Below, piece by piece: positions 19,294 through 26,680 of a stretch of 34,931 nucleotides of DNA (its first letter is position 1; each line of letters starts with the position of its first letter). A model generated the notes under the pieces. The model saw only the letters and a program-made list of their open reading frames with translations. It was not told the origin of the DNA and did not search any database. The position numbers and the translations under genes are program-made. Location: the sequence record SRR31156797_15603. One strand, given 5' to 3'.

Positions 19294-19311
19294 TTAACCA
19301 AAGGATTAAAT

Positions 19312-19692
19312 ATGTATTATATCAATGATAAAGAGTACAAATGTAGTGTAGCAGTGACTCTTGATATATTTAATGATAGATGGAAACTAGGAATTATTTG
19401 GCACCTGCTTGAGGGCGATAAACGCTTTAAAGAGCTTAGTGAGAGTGTAAGTGAGATCACACAAAAGACCTTAACCGTAAAACTTAAAGAGCTTGAAGAG
19501 AAAAAGATCATCCATAGAGAAGTATATGCAGAAGTTCCTCCAAAGGTGGTATATAGTTTGACGCCCATTGGGAAAAAACTCTCACGTGTACTAGGAGAGA
19601 TGTATGATTGGGGAATAGAATATGTGAGTGAACATGGTCAAATAGATGGACAAAATAGCTGTGAAGTCACTATCCCTCAAATAAAAGAGTGA
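19312..19692 (+). CDS. HxlR/DUF24 (MarR-like) winged-helix transcriptional regulator
   Basis: CSV..TL.IF..RWK..I.W.L, KRF.EL, LT..LKELE, R.VY.EVPPKV.YSLT..G motifs. Start ATG 19312 after AAGGA. Confidence 0.93.
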   Translation: MYYINDKEYKCSVAVTLDIFNDRWKLGIIWHLLEGDKRFKELSESVSEITQKTLTVKLKELEEKKIIHREVYAEVPPKVVYSLTPIGKKLSRVLGEMYDWGIEYVSEHGQIDGQNSCEVTIPQIKE

Positions 19693-19696
19693 TCAT

Positions 19697-20698
19697 ATGA
19701 AACCTAGACTAACTATCATAGGGGCAGGTTTAAGTGGCTTATACTTAGCGTATCTTTTACAAGATAGATATGCGATAACTATTGTAGAAGCAAGAGATAG
19801 AGTAGGTGGACGAATATATAGTATGGGTGGTCATGATATGGGGCCATCTTGGATTTGGCAACACCATGTGCATATTCAGGAGTTACTCAAAGAGTTTGGT
19901 TTAGAGCTGTTTTTACAATATGAAGAGGGGTATGCACTTTATGATACTAAGGATTCCTTGCAAAAGTTTATCCCTCCTGAGATCATTCCATCAGCTAGAG
20001 TAAATGGGAGTCTTTCTAAACTTATAGATGGATTACAGAGTCGATTAGATGATGTAGAAATAGTTTTAAATGAAGAAGTTGTTTCTATTGTAGATAATGA
20101 AATGATTGTAACTCACTCACAAAAAAATAGCTATGAAAGTGAGTATCTTATCTCAACACTCCCTCCAAGACTTGTATCTAAAATAAGATTTGAGCCAGAA
20201 TTAGACCCTAGCTTATTAAATACAATGAAGCAGACTCAAACATGGATGGGAAATAGTGCAAAATGTGTTTGCACCTTTAAAAAAGCTTTTTGGAAAGAGG
20301 AGAATTTAAGTGGCTTTGTATTTTCAAATATTGGACCACTTGGAGAGATCCATGATGCATCTACTTTAAAAGAAGATGCTTTATTTGGTTTTGTAAAGCT
20401 GAATGTAGATACACAAGGTTTTCAAAATGAACTAGAAGAGCAGTTACAAAGAGTTTTTAAAGATCATGCAAAAAAGTTAATAGATGTTCATACAGTAGAT
20501 TGGAAAAAAGAAAAATATACTGCTACAAAAGAGGATTGGACAAATCTAAGTACCCATCCAGCATATGGGATCGATACAAGCAACTATAGTAAAAAAATAT
20601 TGTTTAGTTCCACTGAGTTTTCATACAAAGAGGGTGGATATCTTGAAGGGGCGATTATCCAAGCAAAAAAAGTGGCAAATATTTTAAAAGAGAGATAA
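19697..20698 (+). CDS. Flavin monoamine oxidase family protein
   Basis: IIGAGLSGL, EARDRVGGR, DMGPSW, TWMG.SAK, GPL.EIHDAS and GGYLEGA motifs. Confidence 0.9.
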   Translation: MKPRLTIIGAGLSGLYLAYLLQDRYAITIVEARDRVGGRIYSMGGHDMGPSWIWQHHVHIQELLKEFGLELFLQYEEGYALYDTKDSLQKFIPPEIIPSARVNGSLSKLIDGLQSRLDDVEIVLNEEVVSIVDNEMIVTHSQKNSYESEYLISTLPPRLVSKIRFEPELDPSLLNTMKQTQTWMGNSAKCVCTFKKAFWKEENLSGFVFSNIGPLGEIHDASTLKEDALFGFVKLNVDTQGFQNELEEQLQRVFKDHAKKLIDVHTVDWKKEKYTATKEDWTNLSTHPAYGIDTSNYSKKILFSSTEFSYKEGGYLEGAIIQAKKVANILKER

Positions 20699-20725
20699 TA
20701 GATAAGATATCACTATCTTTTAAAT

Positions 20726-20896
20726 CTAATCTTTTTTATTTTGTTTATTTTGGCTTGAGCTTTTATATATATTTGCTGTAGGATGAATCAAAAGTTTATT
20801 CAAAGATTTGCTCAATAGGTGTTGTTGTGTAGTACTAAGATTAAGTGTATTGTTGTTTTCTAAAAACAGTTGCGATATAAGTGTAAGTCTATTCAT
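20726..20896 (-). CDS. Putative 56-aa small protein, possibly leaderless (not in ORF track)
   Basis: MNRLTLISQLFLENNNTLNLSTTQQHLLSKSLNKLLIHPTANIYKSSSQNKQNKKD*. TATCAT hexamer (20908-20903) sits 6 nt before the ATG. No SD. Confidence 0.35.
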   Translation of the reverse strand: MNRLTLISQLFLENNNTLNLSTTQQHLLSKSLNKLLIHPTANIYKSSSQNKQNKKD

Positions 20897-20988
20897 CTAA
20901 GAATGATAAAATATTTTGATTACAACTCGATTACATTTATGAAAAATGGTATATTTATAAATAAATGTATCCTATTGAATAGGATACA

Positions 20989-22341
20989 TTATTCATCATC
21001 AGTAAGATCAGCTAAAAATTGTGTCTCATTAAAATTTAGTCCAAGATACTCGCAGATCACTTTTGTATCTCTCTCCGCATTTCCAAGGCATGAAGTAGCC
21101 CCTGGACTTGGAGTCATATTAAAAATAATTCCATTTCCTGGGTTGATCGAAGCTTCACCAAGCATAAGTTTCTCTTTCTCTTTATCTAAAACCTGTGGTC
21201 TTACTCCACCAAATCCTGGTGCATATTTGATCTCATCTTCACTTAATGATGGTACGATCTTTTTTGCAGCCTTTACAAAAAGCTTTTTATTGATATATGG
21301 TACTTCATACATAAAGTTTTTAAGTAGATAGTTTCTAATATCACTATCTTTTAAAAGATCCCAGAAGATCTTTACAATATGAAAATCAAAATTAAGTGTT
21401 TTGAAAAAATCAAGATAAGTCCCAGACTTATAACGTTCAAGTTTTGGAAGGACTAGTGCAGTTGGACCAAATCTTGTTTTCCCATCCATTAAGATATCAG
21501 GATCTCCATGAAGTGCTGCAAATGGAAGTTTATTATTTTGTACCATATATACTTTTCCATTTAAAAACTCTTCATTTGTGATATAAAAGCTTCCTGCAAC
21601 AGGTAAGCATCCCATATGGGTACCATATCCCATCTTGTGAGCTAAAAATAATGAGTGAGCTCCAGCATCTACTACTACAAAATCTGCTGTATATTTATCT
21701 CCATGGGTTGTGATAATCTTAAAAGTCTTATCATTTTTTTGCTCAATAGTATCCACTTGAGAGTGAAAATATACATCTGTGATAACATCATCATTGACTT
21801 TTTTTGCTTCTTCCACTAAAGCTTCTGACATCTTTCCAAAATCTACCGTAGTATATTGGGTATTTGTTCCCATCGCTACCACAGGATCTTTTCTTACTTT
21901 TGTTTGCGCTTTATCTTCATATACGATCTTAGGCTCTTTCTCTTTTAGCTCTTCTACTCCCCATAGTTCAAGGTATGGGAAAAGCTCTTTAAACTCATGG
22001 TATCTATTGGTGATAAACTCTACCTCTTTTTTCCCAACCCCTAAAGCCATCTTTTGGTGTTTGAAAAGGATCTTTTCTTGAAGATCATATTGTACACAAA
22101 ACTTTTCAACCATTTTTGCTGTTCGTTTTGTTACTTTAGCTTTTTCTAAAGTATAGTTTGTCTCAATATCTCCAATATGGATCGTTTGAGAGTTTGATGT
22201 CCCTTTTGAGTTAAGAGTAGAGAGTGCTTCATATTTTTCAAGCATCCCTATCGATTTTACATCGGTATATTTTGCCAGTTCATAAAACAGTGCAGCTCCT
22301 GAAATACCACCACCAACGATCATTACATTATAATGTTTCAT
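20989..22341 (-). CDS. mqo: Malate:quinone oxidoreductase (H. pylori/Campylobacter type)
   Basis: IVGGGISG, NSQTIH.GDIETNYT, GKVY.VQN.KLPFAALHGDPD, GFGGVRPQ and FNMTPSPGATSCLGNA motifs. Confidence 0.9.
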   Translation of the reverse strand: MKHYNVMIVGGGISGAALFYELAKYTDVKSIGMLEKYEALSTLNSKGTSNSQTIHIGDIETNYTLEKAKVTKRTAKMVEKFCVQYDLQEKILFKHQKMALGVGKKEVEFITNRYHEFKELFPYLELWGVEELKEKEPKIVYEDKAQTKVRKDPVVAMGTNTQYTTVDFGKMSEALVEEAKKVNDDVITDVYFHSQVDTIEQKNDKTFKIITTHGDKYTADFVVVDAGAHSLFLAHKMGYGTHMGCLPVAGSFYITNEEFLNGKVYMVQNNKLPFAALHGDPDILMDGKTRFGPTALVLPKLERYKSGTYLDFFKTLNFDFHIVKIFWDLLKDSDIRNYLLKNFMYEVPYINKKLFVKAAKKIVPSLSEDEIKYAPGFGGVRPQVLDKEKEKLMLGEASINPGNGIIFNMTPSPGATSCLGNAERDTKVICEYLGLNFNETQFLADLTDDE

Positions 22342-22352
22342 ATCTTTTCCTC

Positions 22353-23465
22353 TTAAAGTGTTTCAAGTTCTTGGGCTAAATCTTTAGCGATTTTTTGATA
22401 ATTTTTGATTTCTAATAGTTTATTTTGTCCATTTTGTCCAACTTCTGCCATCTCATCTTTACTAAGACCTATGATATATTCGATCTTTTTAGCGATCTCG
22501 ATAGAATTAAATCTACAAAACCAAGCCTCTTTATCATCTTCAAATATCTCATTTGCATGGGCTGAATTTGTCATCAAACACGGCACTGCTGATGAATAAT
22601 AATCTAAAGTTTTAATAGGAGTAGAAGTATTAAACACTGGAAGATCAGGAAGTAAAGCAACCCCCACATCAGCTTCAGCGATAAAGTCAAGAAGTTGGTC
22701 TTTATTACTTGCATTGTGAATAAAAACTTTTCCATCAAGATTGTGAAATTTATCAAGTAACTTATTTGCATATTGTGGATCTTGCGTGGAAATAGTAAGT
22801 GACCACATCTCACTCTCAACTTTTGAAAATGCTTCTAAAACAGTTTCAAACTCTCTTAGTTTATCTAAAGTACCAGCATAGAAAAATCTTTTTTCAGGAC
22901 TCTCATGCTGAATATTTTCATGAAGTTTTTCTGGATCGATTCCAGCAGGACAATAAAATGTTTTGATATCAATATCAGGGAAAAACTCTCCATGCATACC
23001 TTTTGAAGTAGGGATGAAAAAATCACACTGATTGATCACTTTTACCTCTGAAGTGTTTTTAAACTTATTGCTAAGCTTATCTAAAAAAGTAGCTTTATTG
23101 TGAGCAATATCAAGCTTTAGCTTCGCACGTCTCTTTGGAAAAGAGAGTCTAAATCCTGTTTTGTAGTTATAGTATTTTTTCTCTTCTATCACATGTTTTA
23201 AGATAGCCATATCGTTTCTTACGATCACAAATGAGTATTGATCGATATCGATATCATTACTTTTGAGCTCTTTTAAAAGCATCTTTTTGTATCTACTTGG
23301 TACGATAAATCTATGTTCATCTTTTTTCTCAAAATCAGATTTAAATTCAGTAAAATATACTATATCTATATCAAAATACTCTTTTAAGTATTTTTCAAAT
23401 AGAGGTAAAATAAACCCATGATCTACATATTCACCTTGATCGGTAACATAAAGCAACTTTTTCAT
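22353..23465 (-). CDS. Glycosyltransferase, GT-B fold (GT4-like)
   Basis: FFYAGTL...R, ADVG..., STPIKTLDYYSSAVPCL (variant of P.K..EY.A.G.P) and GQNG motifs. Confidence 0.85.
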   Translation of the reverse strand: MKKLLYVTDQGEYVDHGFILPLFEKYLKEYFDIDIVYFTEFKSDFEKKDEHRFIVPSRYKKMLLKELKSNDIDIDQYSFVIVRNDMAILKHVIEEKKYYNYKTGFRLSFPKRRAKLKLDIAHNKATFLDKLSNKFKNTSEVKVINQCDFFIPTSKGMHGEFFPDIDIKTFYCPAGIDPEKLHENIQHESPEKRFFYAGTLDKLREFETVLEAFSKVESEMWSLTISTQDPQYANKLLDKFHNLDGKVFIHNASNKDQLLDFIAEADVGVALLPDLPVFNTSTPIKTLDYYSSAVPCLMTNSAHANEIFEDDKEAWFCRFNSIEIAKKIEYIIGLSKDEMAEVGQNGQNKLLEIKNYQKIAKDLAQELETL

Positions 23466-23599
23466 AGAACCACCTTTTGTAATTTATTATTTTATTGTAC
23501 TGTTTTATAGATAAGAGAAAGATATTTGATTGGCAAATATATTGCAGAATGACATATTTTTTAAGTAAGTTAGATTTTTTAGTTAAACTTTGGAAAATT

Positions 23600-23647
23600 T
23601 TAGTTATTGCAAATTTTGCGACAACTGGTGAAGATAAAAAAGTTTAA
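23600..23647 (+). pseudogene. Relic of a RhuM-family gene
   Basis: Translates LVIANFATTGEDKKV*, matching the RhuM segment SVVANFATTAxDGK. No intact 5' part. Confidence 0.55.
23602..23626. repeat. Imperfect 25-nt palindrome in the RhuM relic
   Basis: AGTTATTGCAAATTTTGCGACAACT: 10 of 12 pairs Watson-Crick, one G:T, one mismatch. Confidence 0.7.
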
Positions 23648-23663
23648 TTTTAGAGGCTGATAG

Positions 23664-23879
23664 ATGGAAAATGAAGTAATTTATAATGAGGGTGAGATAG
23701 AATTAAAAGTACCCGTTATTTCTAATACAATTTGGCTTAGACAAAATCAAATATCTGAAATATTTCAAAAAGATAGAAGTGTTATTACAAAACATATAAA
23801 TAATATTTTTAAAGATAATGAGGTAGATAAAAAAAGCAATGTGCAAAAAATGCACATTGCAAATTCTGATAAGTCTTAG
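23664..23879 (+). pseudogene. Truncated RhuM-family protein (N-terminal 71 aa only)
   Basis: TIWL.Q.QI.EIF..DRSVITKHINNIFKD.E...SNVQKMHIANSDK matches the RhuM N-terminus. It stops before the usual Y.LDVIISVGYRV segment. GAGG SD present. Confidence 0.8.
23836..23860. repeat. Perfect 25-nt palindrome inside the RhuM coding sequence
   Basis: GCAATGTGCA-AAAAA-TGCACATTGC (10-bp arms), encoding SNVQKMHIA. Confidence 0.9.
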
Positions 23880-23895
23880 TTTAAGAGGTTAATAA

Positions 23896-24771
23896 ATGGA
23901 TAATATAACAACAATAGATAATAAAAACCTACAAAATAAAATTTATACTATAAGAGGTCAGCAGATTATGCTAGATAAGGATTTAGCAGAACTATATGGT
24001 GTAGAAACTAGAACTTTAAAACAAGCTGTTAAAAGAAATATAGATAGGTTTCCTGCTGATTTTATGTTTGAATTAACAAATGATGAGATTGATTTTATGG
24101 TATCACAATCTGTGATACCATCTAAAAAGTATTTTGGAGGAGCAAAACCTTTTGTATTTACAGAACAAGGAGTTTCCTCTTTATCATCTGTATTATCTAG
24201 TAAAGTTGCTATTGAAGTGCATATAAATATTATGAGAGCCTTTGTAAATATGAGAAAAATTATCTCAAACAATGCTTTAGTATTTCAAAGACTAGAAACA
24301 CTTGAACATAAGCAGTTTAAAACTGATGAAAAAGTAGAAGCCATACTTAGTGCTATAGAAAATAAATCAATTAAACCAAAACAAGGTATCTTTTACGATG
24401 GACAAGTATATGATGCTTATATCTTTATAAATGACTTAATAAAAAGTGCAAAAAGTAGTATAGCTCTTCTAGATAACTATTGTGACGAGAGTGTATTAAC
24501 ACTACTTTCAAAAAGAAAAAAAGGTGTATCTTGCACAATCTATACAAAAAATATAACTAAACAACTCAAACTAGACCTTGAAAAGTACAATACTCAATAT
24601 CCAAAAATAGAGATGAAAAAATTTGAAGATTCACATGATAGATTTCTAATATTAGACGAAAAAGAGCTATATCATATTGGAGCTAGTTTAAAAGATTTGG
24701 GTAAAAAATGGTTTGCCTTTTCAAAGCTTGATATAAAAGCTTTTAATATATTATCAAGACTGAATAGGTAG
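23896..24771 (+). CDS. ORF6N (KilA-N-like) DNA-binding domain protein with C-terminal PLD-like putative nuclease domain
   Basis: IRGQQIMLD.DLAELYGVET..LKQAVKRN.DRFP.DFMF.L and P.VFTEQGV motifs; C-terminal I.LLDNY and HDRFLILD...HIGAS motifs. Confidence 0.9.
   Translation: MDNITTIDNKNLQNKIYTIRGQQIMLDKDLAELYGVETRTLKQAVKRNIDRFPADFMFELTNDEIDFMVSQSVIPSKKYFGGAKPFVFTEQGVSSLSSVLSSKVAIEVHINIMRAFVNMRKIISNNALVFQRLETLEHKQFKTDEKVEAILSAIENKSIKPKQGIFYDGQVYDAYIFINDLIKSAKSSIALLDNYCDESVLTLLSKRKKGVSCTIYTKNITKQLKLDLEKYNTQYPKIEMKKFEDSHDRFLILDEKELYHIGASLKDLGKKWFAFSKLDIKAFNILSRLNR
24097..24121. repeat. Perfect 25-nt palindrome inside the ORF6N coding sequence
   Basis: ATGGTATCACA-ATC-TGTGATACCAT (11-bp arms), encoding MVSQSVIP. 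Confidence 0.9.
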
Positions 24772-24847
24772 AGATAGTTTGTTTAGAGTTGTATCAAAAA
24801 TTAATAATGAATAAGAATACTTCTTCCACTGCTACAAAATAAACAAA

Positions 24848-24884
24848 TAAAAACATCACCCTGCACGCGGAAGTGATGTTTTTA
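24848..24884. terminator. Bidirectional intrinsic terminator
   Basis: TAAAAACATCAC-13 nt-GTGATGTTTTTA perfect 12-bp inverted repeat with A and T tails, between convergent genes. Confidence 0.7.
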
Positions 24885-24898
24885 CAAAAATAGATAGA

Positions 24899-25135
24899 TT
24901 AAGACTCACTAGTAAATTTTAATTTTCTATTTACCAGCTCTCTTGCCTCTTGATACTCTTTTGGATCGATCAGTTGAAGCTCCATATTAAGATCCTCGAT
25001 AAGTTTGCCTTTTTCATGTATATTTGTTGTAGAGTTGATTTTCTCAACTAATGCATTTACACTATTGATATCTGTTGCAAATAAACTTGTTGCTCCTAAA
25101 ATAGCTAGTATAGCTATGCTTTGTTTTACTTTCAT
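24899..25135 (-). CDS. Small secreted helical protein, 78 aa
   Basis: Sec signal peptide ending SLFA; AAGGAG SD. Similar to the protein at 25764-26024. Confidence 0.85.
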   Translation of the reverse strand: MKVKQSIAILAILGATSLFATDINSVNALVEKINSTTNIHEKGKLIEDLNMELQLIDPKEYQEARELVNRKLKFTSES

Positions 25136-25169
25136 TGTATATACTCCTTAAATTTATAGATGCAGTGAA

Positions 25170-25203
25170 ATTATAAAAGGGTAATGTTAGTTATCTGTTA
25201 GTT
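25170..25203 (-). promoter_or_regulatory. Promoter with TATAAT and an OmpR-type direct repeat at the -35 position
   Basis: Plus-strand TGTTAGTT at 25185-25192 and 25196-25203 (11-bp period). Minus-strand TATAAT at 25175-25170, 9 nt away. Confidence 0.7.
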
Positions 25204-25305
25204 GTTTTTTATTTTGAGAGTATTACTAAAAAAGAGCAAGGTTTAATAATATTTATATCAATAGTTTCGTATCATAACAACCTATAAAATTTACAAAGGA
25301 AACAG

Positions 25306-25767
25306 ATGTTTAGAGTCTTGAAAATATTTTTTATGATAATTCCCATAATCTTTTTATTAGGATGTAGTGAAAAATATCTTCAAAATGAAGTTTCTAAAAA
25401 AGATAAATTTATAAAAAAAGAGTTACCATTAAAAACAACTCAAAAACAACTCAAAAAAAATAAAGAGTGCAAAAAACATATTCAAATTATGGAGTATGCT
25501 TTAGGGTATGTTTTCAAAGAGTTTGATGAGGGGTATTTTGTATCAAAAGATATCGTAGGGGCAAAAGCACAACTTTTTTTAATAGAGAATAACTCTCCAA
25601 CACCATTTGCTAAAAATATCAATACAGCACAAGACTCTTATAAACGTCAATATTCTATGGCAAAGAAAAAAGGGTGTGATATAAAAAGTTTTAGCAAAGA
25701 GCCACTTACTAGAATAAAAGAGAAGCTCAAACAGTTTCAAAGTAAGAAAGAAATAGAACAAAAATGA
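25306..25767 (+). CDS. Hypothetical lipoprotein
   Basis: Signal peptide with lipobox LLGC; two further Cys that could form a disulfide; AAGGA SD. Confidence 0.8.
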   Translation: MFRVLKIFFMIIPIIFLLGCSEKYLQNEVSKKDKFIKKELPLKTTQKQLKKNKECKKHIQIMEYALGYVFKEFDEGYFVSKDIVGAKAQLFLIENNSPTPFAKNINTAQDSYKRQYSMAKKKGCDIKSFSKEPLTRIKEKLKQFQSKKEIEQK

Positions 25768-26024
25768 TAATACGGATTTTGATACTGATCAATCTATTTG
25801 TTTTTAGCTCTTTTAGTGCTAAGACAATAGATGAGGTAGATGTTTTACTAGAAAAAGTACATCATGCAAAAGATGCAGATGAAAAAAAAGAGCTTATAGA
25901 ACAATTAAAAAAGAAGCTAGCTCAAAAAAATAAAAAAGCCCAAGAGGAAGCAGAAGCTATAATAAATGCTAAGAAAAAAGTACCAATGAGAACTTATGAT
26001 GAAAGTGTACTTGAAAACAGATAG
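25764..26024 (+). CDS. Small secreted helical protein, 86 aa
   Basis: Hydrophobic signal peptide; ATGA coupling with the upstream gene. Similar to the protein at 24899-25135. Confidence 0.8.
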   Translation: MIIRILILINLFVFSSFSAKTIDEVDVLLEKVHHAKDADEKKELIEQLKKKLAQKNKKAQEEAEAIINAKKKVPMRTYDESVLENR

Positions 26025-26035
26025 GTAAAAAATAG

Positions 26036-26680
26036 GTGAATAATAAAATAAAGATACTGCTCCTTGAAGATGATGAGATTTTGGCTCAAACTATGATTCA
26101 GATCCTAGAGCAAGAAAACTATGAAGTTATCTTAGTAAGTGATGGTGAAGATGTCTTAGAAGCAACTTATGAAAACAAGTATGATCTGTATCTTTTTGAT
26201 GTAAATGTCCCAATCCTTAATGGTATGGATACCTTAAAGCTTTTACGTGATGCCAATGATAATACTCCCACATTTTTTATAACAGCTCTTATAGATATAA
26301 AATCAACTCTTAAAGGGTTTAATTGTGGGTGTGATGATTATATAAAAAAGCCATTTGATCTTGATGAGTTACTTGCTCGAATTAAAGCAACACTTCATAG
26401 AAGAAATCCTGTCATTCAATATGGAAATATCACTTTCGATCTTTTAGAAAATAGGGTACTAAAAGATGAAGAGGAGATCTCTTTAGGAAATGTGGAAAAG
26501 GATATTTTTGCACAACTTATACGCAACATCGGTGTCACAGTTGATAAAGCAACTTTTTTAGAATATATGAATAAACCAAGTGATACAGGTCTTCGTGTTT
26601 TAATTAGTAAATTAAAAAAGATGCTTGAACTTAATATAACAAATACAAAAGGTATAGGGTATAAGCTTGAAAAACTATGA
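26036..26680 (+). CDS. OmpR/PhoB-family response regulator (DccR/CrdR-like)
   Basis: LLLEDD, FDVNVP phosphoacceptor, DDYIKKPFD.EL..RI, LRV.ISKL and GIGY motifs. GTG start. Confidence 0.93.
   Translation: MNNKIKILLLEDDEILAQTMIQILEQENYEVILVSDGEDVLEATYENKYDLYLFDVNVPILNGMDTLKLLRDANDNTPTFFITALIDIKSTLKGFNCGCDDYIKKPFDLDELLARIKATLHRRNPVIQYGNITFDLLENRVLKDEEEISLGNVEKDIFAQLIRNIGVTVDKATFLEYMNKPSDTGLRVLISKLKKMLELNITNTKGIGYKLEKL

Noticed and set aside
20870-21331. 153-aa plus-strand ORF
   Set aside because: TTG start, mostly antisense to the 3' end of mqo, no motif; shadow ORF.
23664-24771. Single frameshifted or read-through gene joining RhuM and ORF6N
   Set aside because: The ORF6N gene has its own GAGG SD and a complete N-terminus, and the missing RhuM continuation (ISVGYRV) is not present after the stop.
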